Notes under the pieces: model-generated
What the model saw: only the letters and a program-made list of their open reading frames with translations
Told to the model about the DNA's origin: nothing
The model's database searches: none
Shown here: in pieces, positions 10,174-20,068 of the stretch
How the letters are laid out: every line of letters begins with the position of its first letter
Position numbering within the stretch: position 1 is the stretch's first letter
Made by a program: the position numbers and the translations under genes
Origin: Planctomycetota bacterium
GTDB lineage: Bacteria; Planctomycetota; Planctomycetia; Pirellulales; Pirellulaceae
Assembly: GCA_963578105.1 (NCBI GenBank)
Contig: CAUZBP010000013.1
Span: 8,562-72,561 of the forward strand
Length of the DNA: 64,000 nt
Reading direction: 5' to 3'

Positions 10174-10551
10174 GTGGACATTCACCAGAGAAAAGAAAAG
10201 GGCGCGGCCCTGATTGAAAAAATGATGGGTTCTCAACCAGCTGCCGACATGCGCGCAGCATGGCGCAGGATTTCGCCCGACTTTGAAAACTATGTTGTCG
10301 AATTTTTAGCCGGCGAAATTTGGAGCCGGCCAACGCTGGATTTGAAATCCCGCAGTTTAGTGACGATTGCTGCTCTGGCGGCTATGGGACGTCCCCGAGC
10401 CCTGGATCTTAACGTTCGCATGGCTATCAAAAATGGCGCTTCGCGAGAAGAAATCACAGAAACATTACTTCAGATCGCTCCGTACGCCGGTTTCCCCGCG
10501 GCCTGGGAGGCGCTCGCCACGCTTGACGAAATTTACGCGGAAGCCGACTAG
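10174..10551 (+). CDS. Carboxymuconolactone decarboxylase (CMD/AhpD-like) family protein
   Basis: FLAGEIWSRPTLDLKSRSLVTIAALAAMGRPRALDLNVRMAIKNGASREEITETLLQIAPYAGFPAAWEAL. I prefer the GTG at 10174 (GGAG 7 nt upstream) over the track's TTG at 10168. Confidence 0.85.
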   Translation: MDIHQRKEKGAALIEKMMGSQPAADMRAAWRRISPDFENYVVEFLAGEIWSRPTLDLKSRSLVTIAALAAMGRPRALDLNVRMAIKNGASREEITETLLQIAPYAGFPAAWEALATLDEIYAEAD

Positions 10552-10669
10552 ATCTTGTGAAAGCGCTCCATCGTCCAGCGGGCTGCTAGAAGGAGGAGTG
10601 CGAGAGAACTGGCGCCAGAAACGATATTCCGCGAAAAACATGTTCTCGTAATTTGGTTGCCTGTCCCTT

Positions 10670-11137
10670 GTGACTTGGGTGCCATTTTCGATTGGGAGCT
10701 ATTCAAAAGAGGCCTTTTTTAGGGAGCACCTGCAAATCACGCAAGCAATCGCGAAGTCAAGACGGTGTTTGGCATGGTTGTTGGTCCCATGGATCGTGCT
10801 GGGGTTGGCGACAAAGGTCTACACGGGACCTGGCGAAACCTGGGTGCGGTTCCAAGCCGGCGGGGTGTTTTACGTGGGTTTCTGGACGATTCTGGTACTT
10901 GTGGTGTGGCCGGGTGCCTCTTCGGCAACTGTTGCCGGCGCGGTCGTGTTTGTCACCTGCTGCGTCGAAGTGTTGCAATTGTGGCACCCGCCTTTCCTGG
11001 AGTGGGTCCGTAGCAACTGGTCCGGTCAACTCTTGTTAGGCAATTCATTTTCGTGGTGGGACTTTCCACCCTATTTTGTTGGTGGTTTGATAGGTTACAT
11101 TGCAGCTCGTACCGTTAAACTCAAAGGCGATTCGTGA
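10670..11137 (+). CDS. DUF2809-like integral membrane protein
   Basis: GTG start and four predicted TM helices. The pattern YTGPGETWVRFQAGGVFYVGFW...LWHPPFLEWVRSNWSGQLLLGNSFSWWDFPPYFVGGLIGY is typical of DUF2809. Confidence 0.7.
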   Translation: MTWVPFSIGSYSKEAFFREHLQITQAIAKSRRCLAWLLVPWIVLGLATKVYTGPGETWVRFQAGGVFYVGFWTILVLVVWPGASSATVAGAVVFVTCCVEVLQLWHPPFLEWVRSNWSGQLLLGNSFSWWDFPPYFVGGLIGYIAARTVKLKGDS

Positions 11138-11150
11138 AAGTAAAAGGCCG

Positions 11151-11855
11151 ATGAAAAAGCTCCCCCTCGCCCCTTTGATGATTGTCGTTGTTCTGGTTGG
11201 AATGCAGTCTGAACTGGTTGGCCAGAATGATCTCCAGACAAACACAAAAACGGTTGCCGTCCTGATCTTCGATGGCGTCGAACTGCTAGACTTCACTGGG
11301 CCGGCGGAGGTGTTTATTGTTGCCGAATACGGCAAAGCGTTTCGGGTACTGACAGTTTCCGAGGGTGGCAATCCGATACGCACGATGGGAGGTATTCAGG
11401 TGACACCCGACTTTAGTGTCTCCGACATTCCCCAGGCAGACATAATCGTCGTCCCGGGAGGTGGTATGAGTAATGTTGGCCAGGCGGGAAGAGAGTGGCT
11501 GAAAACAGCTGCTGCCAAAGCTGAGGTGGTGATGTCCGTCTGCATGGGGGCTTTTCTCCTGGCAGATGCCGGCCTCTTGGATGGGGTCAAAGCGACCACG
11601 CATCGCTGGGGTATTGCCTCCCTGAAGCGGGCGGCACCCAAATGTGAAGTCGTATCAGGAGAGCGATTTGTCGACAGCGGTAAAATCATAACAACCGCTG
11701 GTGTCACGGCCGGGATCGACGGGGCTCTGCACATTGTAAAGCGAGTCTGCGGGGAAAAATCTGCACAGTGGACTGCAGAGCAATGGATGGAATACACGTT
11801 GCCGGCAACCCACTTCCCGACTCCGTCTTCGAAAGATGCTGAACCATCGGAATAG
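11151..11855 (+). CDS. DJ-1/PfpI family protein with a signal peptide
   Basis: ATG at 11151 (MKKLPLAPLMIVVVLVGMQ). VAVLIFDGVELLDFTGPAEVF, ADIIVVPGG, and the nucleophile elbow VMSVCMGAFLLADAGLLDG. The track start at 11100 overlaps the previous gene. Confidence 0.85.
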   Translation: MKKLPLAPLMIVVVLVGMQSELVGQNDLQTNTKTVAVLIFDGVELLDFTGPAEVFIVAEYGKAFRVLTVSEGGNPIRTMGGIQVTPDFSVSDIPQADIIVVPGGGMSNVGQAGREWLKTAAAKAEVVMSVCMGAFLLADAGLLDGVKATTHRWGIASLKRAAPKCEVVSGERFVDSGKIITTAGVTAGIDGALHIVKRVCGEKSAQWTAEQWMEYTLPATHFPTPSSKDAEPSE

Positions 11856-11903
11856 AACAGAACTCATTGTACGACGTCAACCGAATGAAAATGGTGCTGG
11901 ACG

Positions 11904-13085
11904 TCAATCAGATTCTGAAGATGTACCACACCATTCGGGGTGTGGTTTGCACAGCACCTCGGGTTTCGTACCCTCTTGCAAGCTAGAAATTTGTTCCGCT
12001 GCCCGATCGACCTGTGTAGCATCGACGTGGCCTTCTAGTCGCAACTCAAAGATTGCAGAACCACGTGCCGGAAGTTGTAACACTCGACCATGAGTTTCCT
12101 CGAAGGATCGTTGATTAGGGAAATTGGTCGCGGGTTCCAAGCCGGTTACGTAGCCATCCTCTTCCGCGACTGTATTCTTCCAAACGGTGAAGTATGGCAG
12201 CTGAGTGATATTCCAGTGCATGCTCAAACCACGATCTCCCGCAGCATTACGAAGCATGACGTGCGTCATGTCCTGCTGGTCGGCTGTTAAACGACAGAAA
12301 TAGCACTGTTCAGAATACGCCTCCTGGGGTCCTTGATAGGTGTCCCATGTGGCGATGTCTTCTGCAGCCCGTGCGTCACGAGGCACGACACGTTGAAATG
12401 GAATCACTACTCGACTTCCCTCTTGCAACAAAGGCCTCCCAGAATTGACATGGTAGAGTAATTGAGCACAACTTGGACGTGCTGACAGATTTGTGATGCA
12501 ATCGACGATTCGGAACCCGCGCTCTCCGGGCCTGGTTCTCAGTTGTGATGACAATCGCAGGTTCCAGCAGTGAAACCGACGGTCGTCGACTTCACCTTCG
12601 ATGGCGATCTCGCCGGTTTCCTGGTCGCACGAGACTTCTAATCGGTGCGCAGGTCGATTGCTTACGCGACCATGCAGGGGATATCGCAAGTGTCCCCTTG
12701 GGTCAAACTCGGGAGCACCGTTGCTCAGCAAACCACAGCGTACTAGGAGTTCGTCAAATCCATCCAGAAACCCCAATCCGTTGGCTTCTTCCTGGGGTAC
12801 AAAATCGGGGTGGATCGGGCCCCGCACGGGAGAGTTCCATCCCAGCGGCAACGTTTCGATGCGAGCTTTCCAGATGCTGAGCCCGCGCGTGGGAAGAATG
12901 GTGAATTGGCATGTGCCATTGTCTACTTCGACAATTTCTACGCCCTCCGAGAGACCGCCCCGTAGGGTCCGTTTTCCAACCGTACAGTCCAAGGCTGCAG
13001 TTCCCAGTTCTCGTTGTGAAAGTTCCAGCGTATCGACATGAGTTCTGGTGCCATAATCCGTTAAAGTCCATCGTTTGGCTGTCAT
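11904..13085 (-). CDS. Aldose-1-epimerase-like (DUF4432-type) protein
   Basis: 393-aa ORF with an ATG start. Mutarotase-like beta-sandwich sequence (RYPLHGRVSNRPAH, GLEPATNFPN). Assigned by resemblance only. Confidence 0.65.
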   Translation of the reverse strand: MTAKRWTLTDYGTRTHVDTLELSQRELGTAALDCTVGKRTLRGGLSEGVEIVEVDNGTCQFTILPTRGLSIWKARIETLPLGWNSPVRGPIHPDFVPQEEANGLGFLDGFDELLVRCGLLSNGAPEFDPRGHLRYPLHGRVSNRPAHRLEVSCDQETGEIAIEGEVDDRRFHCWNLRLSSQLRTRPGERGFRIVDCITNLSARPSCAQLLYHVNSGRPLLQEGSRVVIPFQRVVPRDARAAEDIATWDTYQGPQEAYSEQCYFCRLTADQQDMTHVMLRNAAGDRGLSMHWNITQLPYFTVWKNTVAEEDGYVTGLEPATNFPNQRSFEETHGRVLQLPARGSAIFELRLEGHVDATQVDRAAEQISSLQEGTKPEVLCKPHPEWCGTSSESD

Positions 13086-13337
13086 GATTGGATTCCAACT
13101 TCATGGAGACTGCAGAACGACTGTTTGGGCCGGAAAAATCAATGCGGATTGTACCACGGATTTTGCACACCCTGTGACGGCCAGCGTAATTCGAAAATCA
13201 TTCCGGGCACACTGGCCCTGTGGAATAAAATGTCCGTGGGACTGGCTCACCGATGACCTTCAGGAACATTTTTTTGAGAATTTGACCAGCCATGATGGCT
13301 TGGCAATTTCAGTGGAGAACCGATCTTGGCCGGTTCT

Positions 13338-14015
13338 TTAATAGGCCGGAAGTCCAACCAGGAGTCGTAACGCAATGGTGACGAGTAAATAAAATGCGTA
13401 GTGAAGAAAAGCATTTGTCGAATTTAAATCAAGACTCGCAAACGAAGTCAACGTTCCCAAGCAGAGAAACGGAAATGCCAAGATCAGCAGATTCCATGAA
13501 TCCAACGGATTGTCACCAAAAAAAATGGGACGCGCCATTGCGAATCCGGCCCATAACAAAGGATAGATAACCGAACAGATTCCCAAGCGCAGCCATAGGC
13601 TGATTCCGTGATAGGGCTCTAGTTCCGAGTCGCGCAAAAATCCGTATCCGAGCCAGGAGAACAGGGGGGCAACAAGAATCGCTCCCATGGCCTTGATGAC
13701 GTAAGAAATATCGTCTTTGGCGTAGAAGCGTACGCATAATGCCAATGCTAGGCATAAGAGAATTCCCCCGGCAACGACGGTAATCACCAAGGCATCGGGC
13801 TTCGTTTCATGTCGTTCAATAGGTGTCAGTAGGGGTTGGTCGGTGGCACTTTGTGGTCCATTGGATTCCTCAGGCGCTTTAACAACGATTTGTTCCTCTT
13901 TGTGAGGTATTTCAATCTGGTTCTTGCATTTGGGGCAAGGACCTTTCCTGCCGGCATACTTGTCACTGACTTTGAACCGCGTGTTGCATCCCGAACAGGT
14001 TATATTGATTGCCAT
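13338..14015 (-). CDS. Membrane protein with an N-terminal MJ0042-type zinc ribbon
   Basis: MAINITCSGCNTRFKVSDKYAGRKGPCPKCKNQIEIP (CxxC...CxxC), followed by about 5 TM helices. Confidence 0.7.
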   Translation of the reverse strand: MAINITCSGCNTRFKVSDKYAGRKGPCPKCKNQIEIPHKEEQIVVKAPEESNGPQSATDQPLLTPIERHETKPDALVITVVAGGILLCLALALCVRFYAKDDISYVIKAMGAILVAPLFSWLGYGFLRDSELEPYHGISLWLRLGICSVIYPLLWAGFAMARPIFFGDNPLDSWNLLILAFPFLCLGTLTSFASLDLNSTNAFLHYAFYLLVTIALRLLVGLPAY

Positions 14016-14224
14016 GGCGTCAGAGATCCAGGTGCAGAGGCGGGAATCTAATTTCGACTTCTTCGAGTCATTTTTTTTGACAGGAAAATGTCGTCATGCG
14101 ACGCATTGATCCAACGACTCGTTCGGCCCGGGGTGGCGGAATGTCTTTAAAGGTGGGCGGCGGTGCACCCGGTATCGACACATTAACTTTGGCTGGTGGT
14201 CTAAGAAGATCAAGAAACGGCCCT

Positions 14225-14716
14225 TCAATCGACGTCCGCCAGATCTCCCTCTGTGATCATTTGGAAGTGTTTTCTGTTCAGTGTATCCATTGCCATTTCG
14301 ATGTTATCTACCATCAAGGCCACCGCGGGTCGACCGTGGGGGCGAAGTAACAAGGGATATGCTTGAACGATGTTGACTTCGGCCTGTAAGAGAGCTGTAC
14401 AGACTTGCAGCAGCGGTTGGGGACCTACCGGCAGTTCGACACCGATGAGTTCGGATTCTACCAGAGCCAAACCAGCACGTTCCAGTATCTCGCGGCCCTG
14501 CTCGGGGTGACTGAGAAGAAATCGGACGAAAGCACATTCGGTTGAATCGTGGATCGAGAGCGAAACAATCCGTACTTTACTACCCTTAAAACGACGGATG
14601 ATTCCCAGCAACTGTCCTACCCGATTCTCGAGAAACACCGTGAATTGACGTAGCGAAGGGTAATCGCGCCCACGCATTGTCTGGAAATCGGTGCTGGCGC
14701 CTTCACCAATACGCAT
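14225..14716 (-). CDS. Tandem ACT-domain protein (start uncertain)
   Basis: RQFTVFLENRVGQLLGIIRRF...VRIVSLSI and ELPVGPQPLLQVCTALLQAEVNIVQAYPLL are two ACT-like beta-alpha-beta-beta-alpha-beta units. The track start at 14782 is TTG; in-frame ATGs lie at 14716 and 14677. Confidence 0.7.
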   Translation of the reverse strand: MRIGEGASTDFQTMRGRDYPSLRQFTVFLENRVGQLLGIIRRFKGSKVRIVSLSIHDSTECAFVRFLLSHPEQGREILERAGLALVESELIGVELPVGPQPLLQVCTALLQAEVNIVQAYPLLLRPHGRPAVALMVDNIEMAMDTLNRKHFQMITEGDLADVD

Positions 14717-15068
14717 AGAGGCCTTTGTGGGAAAACCTGGGGCTGCTTTTCCAACTATACGTATCGAGGTAGCCGCCGTCAATTACAATTGCCCAGTGGT
14801 GTTTGGTGGATGGACAAATGACTTTGGGTTCCTGTTCAGAATAGCTCAGGTTACCATCGAGAGTTGGCGGTCTGTAGGTAGTCCTGGTGTGGGTCGAGTT
14901 CAGTTTCATTCGGTGGGTCAGGGACCTCTGCCTGGCCATCAACTCTCTCCGGGCAGTCAGCAGACACCGGCAGGCTGGTTGCATACTGAAAACGGTCCAC
15001 AAAATCACAATAGGAACCATTGTTGAAGAACGGATTCTTCTAGTGTTAATCCATGGTGAGGAATTGCG

Positions 15069-15461
15069 ATGCTACGAGAACATGAGATTCAGATTCGCGT
15101 GCGATATCAAGAGACGGATGCACAGGGCCATGTTCATCATGCCAATTATTTGAATTACTTCGAAATGGGACGTATCGAGTTGCTAAGGGCGAATGGGACA
15201 AACTATCGAGAGTTCGAAGCGTCGGGGAAAATGTTGGTTGTTTCCAAAATAGCCTGCCGTTATTTTCATCCCGCCCGCTATGACGATCTTGTAACCTTAA
15301 AAACAACGACCACACACATTCGAGGTGCACGACTCGAACATCATTATGAGCTGACGAGGAAAGGCACGTTACTCGTTGAAGGAGAAACGACGATCGCTTG
15401 TGTTGATCAAGACGGCAAGGTTTGTCGACTTCCTGGTTTTTTGCTGTTGGAAAAGGATTAA
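15069..15461 (+). CDS. YbgC/4HBT-family acyl-CoA thioesterase
   Basis: HEIQIRVRYQETDAQGHVHHANYLNYFEMGRIELLR is the hot-dog fold catalytic Asp region. GAGGA lies 7 nt upstream of the ATG. Confidence 0.9.
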   Translation: MLREHEIQIRVRYQETDAQGHVHHANYLNYFEMGRIELLRANGTNYREFEASGKMLVVSKIACRYFHPARYDDLVTLKTTTTHIRGARLEHHYELTRKGTLLVEGETTIACVDQDGKVCRLPGFLLLEKD

Positions 15462-15599
15462 GACACTCGAACCAGCAGCGGGCAGATCGACGTTGCCACC
15501 GGTCAACAAGGAAAATGGAAACGTACGGTGAGGCGGATCAGGTTGGCGAACACGAGCCCTATCGGAACAAATGTTTTGCAACAACCAGTGATAATATTC

Positions 15600-17117
15600 T
15601 TAACCGGGTAATTGTTGAAAGCGACCAAATGCCTCGTCCCAAGTGGCCGGGTCGGCAGGTAAATATTCTATCACTGGAAAGCTGTCGCGAATCACTGCAC
15701 GTGCATCCGCGATCGAATTCACTTCGCCACTCGCCACCATCTGCATCATGATGTTGCCGATTGCCGTGGCTTCGACCGGACCTGCCAGCACGTGGCGATT
15801 GCAGGCTTCCGCCGTCATCTGGCACAACATACGATTTTGGGTGCCTCCTCCGACGATGTGTACCGTGTCGAGTCGCTTTCTGGCGAGTTGTTCGAGCAAT
15901 CCGAGCACCCGGCGATACATCAGAGCCAGACTTTCCAGCACGCAACGCACGAGAGCGCCTTGGTCCACTGGTACCGGTTGCCCCGTTTGCCGACAGTAGT
16001 CGCGGATCGTTTCCGGCATATTGTCGGGGGCGACGAAACGATCATCGTTCGGCACGATGAAACTTTGCAGTGGCTCGGCTTTCTGCGCCAATGAAACCAG
16101 CTCTTCCCAGCTGACGTCTTTGTCGTTTTGTTTCCAAATGCGTCGGCACTCTTGAACCAGCCACAAGCCGGTAATGTTTTTCAGAATACGCGTTGTATTT
16201 CCGACGCCGCCTTCGTTGGTAAAGTTCAGTTCACGGCAGAGATCCGTCACGATCGGTTGGGGCGATTCAATCCCCATCAGAGACCAGGTGCCCGAGCTGA
16301 TGTAACACCAGCTGGTTTGTTCGACACCCTCCCGCGCGGGGACGGCCAGTACGGCACTCGCTGTGTCGTGCGTGCCCGGGAGGATGACCTCCGTGTCTGT
16401 TAGCCCAGTTGCTTCGGCCACATTTTTGCGTAAACGACCTAAACTTGTACCGGGAGGCACGATGTTTCCCAAGACATGGGTAGGCAATCCGAGCTTTTCC
16501 AGCAGATCACATGCCCAACGACCTGTGCGGGGATTGTAAAACTGGGTGGTCGTGGCGTTGGTCATTTCGTTGGCTTTTTCGCCGGTCATCAACCAATGAA
16601 ACAGATCGGGCATCAGCAACAAACTTTCAGCCCCGGCGAGCAGCGGCGATCCACTTTGTTTCCAAGCGAAGAGTTGAAACAGGGTGTTGAACGGCATGAA
16701 CTGGAGGCCTGTTTCACGAAAGATTTCTTCCGCGCCGACGTGTTTGAAAACCTCCTCCATGACACCCAAGGTGCGCCGGTCGCGGTAGCAATAAGGATTT
16801 CCCAAGAGTTCGTCGTGAGGTCCCAGTAAACCGAAATCAATGCCCCATGTATCGACACCCACGGAGGCGATAGATTCCCGAGATAACTGGACGGAGGCAG
16901 CCAGGAGGCCTTCCTGGATGTGGCTCCACAGTCGAAGTAAATCCCAGTGGAGTCGATCACCTACTTGGACGGGACCGTTGCTAAATCGATGAAATTCCCG
17001 AATCGTGAGCTTCGTTCCATCGTAGATGCCCGCCAGCACGCGACCACCGGAGGCACCCAGATCGACTGCCAGATACACTCTTTTCGATTTCCCCACGATG
17101 ATTACCTTTCCACGCAC
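15600..17117 (-). CDS. rhaB: Rhamnulokinase (FGGY carbohydrate kinase family)
   Basis: YLAVDLGASGGRVLAGIYDG..LTIREFHRFSNGPVQVGDRLHWDLLRLW parallels the E. coli RhaB N-terminus. FGGY C-terminal motif VHIVGGGTQNRMLCQMTA. GTG start. Confidence 0.8.
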   Translation of the reverse strand: MRGKVIIVGKSKRVYLAVDLGASGGRVLAGIYDGTKLTIREFHRFSNGPVQVGDRLHWDLLRLWSHIQEGLLAASVQLSRESIASVGVDTWGIDFGLLGPHDELLGNPYCYRDRRTLGVMEEVFKHVGAEEIFRETGLQFMPFNTLFQLFAWKQSGSPLLAGAESLLLMPDLFHWLMTGEKANEMTNATTTQFYNPRTGRWACDLLEKLGLPTHVLGNIVPPGTSLGRLRKNVAEATGLTDTEVILPGTHDTASAVLAVPAREGVEQTSWCYISSGTWSLMGIESPQPIVTDLCRELNFTNEGGVGNTTRILKNITGLWLVQECRRIWKQNDKDVSWEELVSLAQKAEPLQSFIVPNDDRFVAPDNMPETIRDYCRQTGQPVPVDQGALVRCVLESLALMYRRVLGLLEQLARKRLDTVHIVGGGTQNRMLCQMTAEACNRHVLAGPVEATAIGNIMMQMVASGEVNSIADARAVIRDSFPVIEYLPADPATWDEAFGRFQQLPG

Positions 17118-17431
17118 GTCGTCGTTTGACGCCTACTAACGGCCAGGAAAACGTTATTCTGTCCGATCTAGAACCCAGGGGCCACCCCGCCGCAGAAGGA
17201 GTTGAAAAGTCATGTCCGGAAATGTTTTGCCACCCAAGGCGTAACGATTCCGTGTGACTGGGGGCAAGCTGGGTTTCACAAGTCGGGGAGCGGGCGCCAT
17301 CCTGATTGGAAATTGTAGTGAGCCGCAGCGGAAATCCATCACACGTGGTACTGACGAAGCCGACCAAGGGAGGTAGGATAGTCACAACCGCGAATGGTTG
17401 TAAAAGTATTTCAGGAAAAAAGGAAGCAAGC

Positions 17432-17863
17432 ATGAAAGTGGCGACAATCACCACCAACAAAGGTACGATCCGGTTTCAACTGCACGAAGACAAGGTTCCC
17501 AAGACGGTTCAAAATTTTGAAAAACTAGCTGGGGAAGGCTTTTACAACGGATTGAAATTTCATCGAGTGCTGGACAAATTTATGATTCAAACCGGTTGTC
17601 CGCAGGGAACAGGGACTGGTGGGCCTGGATACAATTTTGCAGACGAGTTTCATGAAGACCTCAGGCATAGCGGCCCGGGCGTGGTATCGATGGCCAATGC
17701 GGGTCCCAACACGAATGGATCCCAGTTCTTCATCACCCACGTCGAGACAGCATGGCTGGACGACAAGCATTCGGTGTTTGGTAACGTGATCGAAGGGCAG
17801 GATGTCGTTGATTCGATTGCTCAGAACGACACCATGGAACAGGTCACCGTGACGGAAGAATGA
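17432..17863 (+). CDS. ppiB: Cyclophilin-type peptidyl-prolyl cis-trans isomerase
   Basis: ATG at 17432 with AGGAAG upstream. [25 protein letters not shown]...[17 protein letters not shown]. The track ORF is over-extended to 17306. Confidence 0.95.
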   Translation: MKVATITTNKGTIRFQLHEDKVPKTVQNFEKLAGEGFYNGLKFHRVLDKFMIQTGCPQGTGTGGPGYNFADEFHEDLRHSGPGVVSMANAGPNTNGSQFFITHVETAWLDDKHSVFGNVIEGQDVVDSIAQNDTMEQVTVTEE

Positions 17864-17871
17864 GAAAGTGG

Positions 17872-19812
17872 TCAGTCGTAGGGCATGAGGATTTCATCGG
17901 CTGAAAGCCCCGCAATGGATTGAAAGCCTCCGTCCACGATGGTTTCACCCAGTCGGGTTGCAGATCGGAAGTACTGGTCCGACGGCCTCTGACCAGTCAG
18001 TTGGCGAGTCAGGTCTTGACAGAGCACATCGGCTGCGTCCTGTATGACTTCATCTGCCTGCTGCGCGGCGTATAAGCTCGTACAGAGAATAACGATCAGC
18101 TTCTGTATACGAGCCGACAGTTCTGACATTCGGCATTGGCGATCAGCAAGCTTAAGCTGATGTTTGCGCATTGTACCGCTGATTTCCAGTGGCGAATGAT
18201 TCAATTGTTCGGCCGCGTATGCAGCATGCTCCTGTAGGGGACCGGGCATGGGTGGTAAAGACGGTTTCGAGCTCAGTCGGCAGCGCTGGCCCAGATACCA
18301 TTTTGCGTAAGGCCCCAGGGCACCTTTTAACGCCCAGGCATGAGCCGGATTCAAAGGATTGGGTCTCTTGATTCCCGCTGCGGCCTGTGCTTTTCCGATC
18401 GGCTCGAAATATTGGGTGCCGTGATGTTTCACCAGCGATTTGAAAAACGCCATGCCCAGCATCTCTCCTTCGCCCTCGTAGATGCAGGGAGCCAGATATT
18501 CATGCACGTTGTCACCTAGAAGATGGCCATGCAGGAAAGAGCGACCGCCATGTGTTTTCATGAACAATTCGATGGCGGCCTCTTTTTGTGCTTCGCTACC
18601 GAAAATCTTGGCCACGATGCATTCCATTTCACCTCGGTACCCCCTATCGATCAAACCGGAACACCAGGCGACCAGCGCATCGCAACCGACGATCAAACCG
18701 GCCAGATGGCCTAACCGCCGGCTTACCAGTTCTCGTCGAGAAATCGTTTCGCCATATGTCACTCGAAATCGAGCCCATGGGATCATGCTGGCCATCATCA
18801 AACGCATTGTGCCTGCCGCGTTGGCACACAGCGAGATCCTTCCCAGATTCAACCCGTGATAGGCGATTGTTAACCCGTTTCCGCGAATGGGTGACAGCAA
18901 GTTTTCCGCCGGAACTCGAAAATCCTTAAAAATGATGCCTCGATTATAGGTGTGCTTCAGAGCCCATAAGCCATATTTCCGGAGTTGAAAGTGGTCATTC
19001 TCTGATGCAGGCAAGTCGCAAACTAAAACAGCAGGAGCATCATCGATAAGACACACTAAGCCGATCGTTCGCCCGGGAACCACGTTGGTGATGAAGAGTT
19101 TTTCTCCATTGACAATATAACTGTCCCCCTCTCGTACTGCTCGCGTGCGTAGTGCCGTCAAGTCGGACCCCGCACAAGGTTCCGTGAGCGCGAATGCGGA
19201 TAGTTTTTCACCACTGGCGAGTTGAGGAAGATAACGTTGTTTTTGGTCATCGTTACCAAATGTTCGCACCGGATCGACCGCACCAATGCAACCGTGGACT
19301 GAGGCTAAGCCGGCCACGGTGGGATCTGCCATTGCCATGCGTGTCAAGAATGGAGCGAAATTTCGGAACGGAGCCCCTGAGCCACCATACTGCTTGTCGA
19401 CCAGCAGACCCCAAAATCCAACTCCACCTAATTCAGACAAAACGGGTTCGCTGATCTTTTGATCGTCGTTCAAGAGCGTGCCCGCGGTGCGGTGTTTTGT
19501 GACGACTTCTATCGATTGACGCATGACCTGTTGCAATTCGTCCGCTGGCTGATCATCGACCGTCAGGAATTCGTCGATGGGTACAGCACTGTCCCAGACG
19601 GCCCGATGAGCCGGACTGTTGACGGTCTGGTACTGCGGTTTGAAGAGCGACTCGACGTTGTCGTCCGCCTTATCAATCGCCCCGGTGCGACGCGACTCTT
19701 CTTCGCTCTTGCCACCCAATTGTAGAGCGGTCTCGGCAAAAGACGGTTTATTGCTAGCTGCCGATTCTGGAAGACTGCTGTGGTCTTGGGTTTCAGGTGC
19801 CTTAGTAGTCAT
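17872..19812 (-). CDS. Large acyl-CoA dehydrogenase family protein
   Basis: Acyl-CoA dehydrogenase core (FALTEPCAGSDLTALRTRAV..GDSYIVNGEKLFITN; YEGEGEMLGMAFF) with an extended helical C-terminus. Start is either the ATG at 19812 (MTTKAPETQ) or the ATG at 19869. Confidence 0.85.
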   Translation of the reverse strand: MTTKAPETQDHSSLPESAASNKPSFAETALQLGGKSEEESRRTGAIDKADDNVESLFKPQYQTVNSPAHRAVWDSAVPIDEFLTVDDQPADELQQVMRQSIEVVTKHRTAGTLLNDDQKISEPVLSELGGVGFWGLLVDKQYGGSGAPFRNFAPFLTRMAMADPTVAGLASVHGCIGAVDPVRTFGNDDQKQRYLPQLASGEKLSAFALTEPCAGSDLTALRTRAVREGDSYIVNGEKLFITNVVPGRTIGLVCLIDDAPAVLVCDLPASENDHFQLRKYGLWALKHTYNRGIIFKDFRVPAENLLSPIRGNGLTIAYHGLNLGRISLCANAAGTMRLMMASMIPWARFRVTYGETISRRELVSRRLGHLAGLIVGCDALVAWCSGLIDRGYRGEMECIVAKIFGSEAQKEAAIELFMKTHGGRSFLHGHLLGDNVHEYLAPCIYEGEGEMLGMAFFKSLVKHHGTQYFEPIGKAQAAAGIKRPNPLNPAHAWALKGALGPYAKWYLGQRCRLSSKPSLPPMPGPLQEHAAYAAEQLNHSPLEISGTMRKHQLKLADRQCRMSELSARIQKLIVILCTSLYAAQQADEVIQDAADVLCQDLTRQLTGQRPSDQYFRSATRLGETIVDGGFQSIAGLSADEILMPYD

Positions 19813-20068
19813 GTGAACCCCGAGATTCCCTGGGCAAGAGGATGGATCGACTGTTCGCAACACAATCATATACCATGGCTTAACAAACGATTCGTCACAG
19901 GCAGTTTATTCCGTATATTTGCAACTCCAAACAGCGGGACATCTTGGATCGACGGCCTTGTGGGGTCTCTAGCGACTGGATGATTTGAGCAGGTACAGGT
20001 TCAGGATAAACGTATCAAGTCCCTCGCTCCAGGATTTAACACGCCCACGGCCGGCGCATGACAGCGGA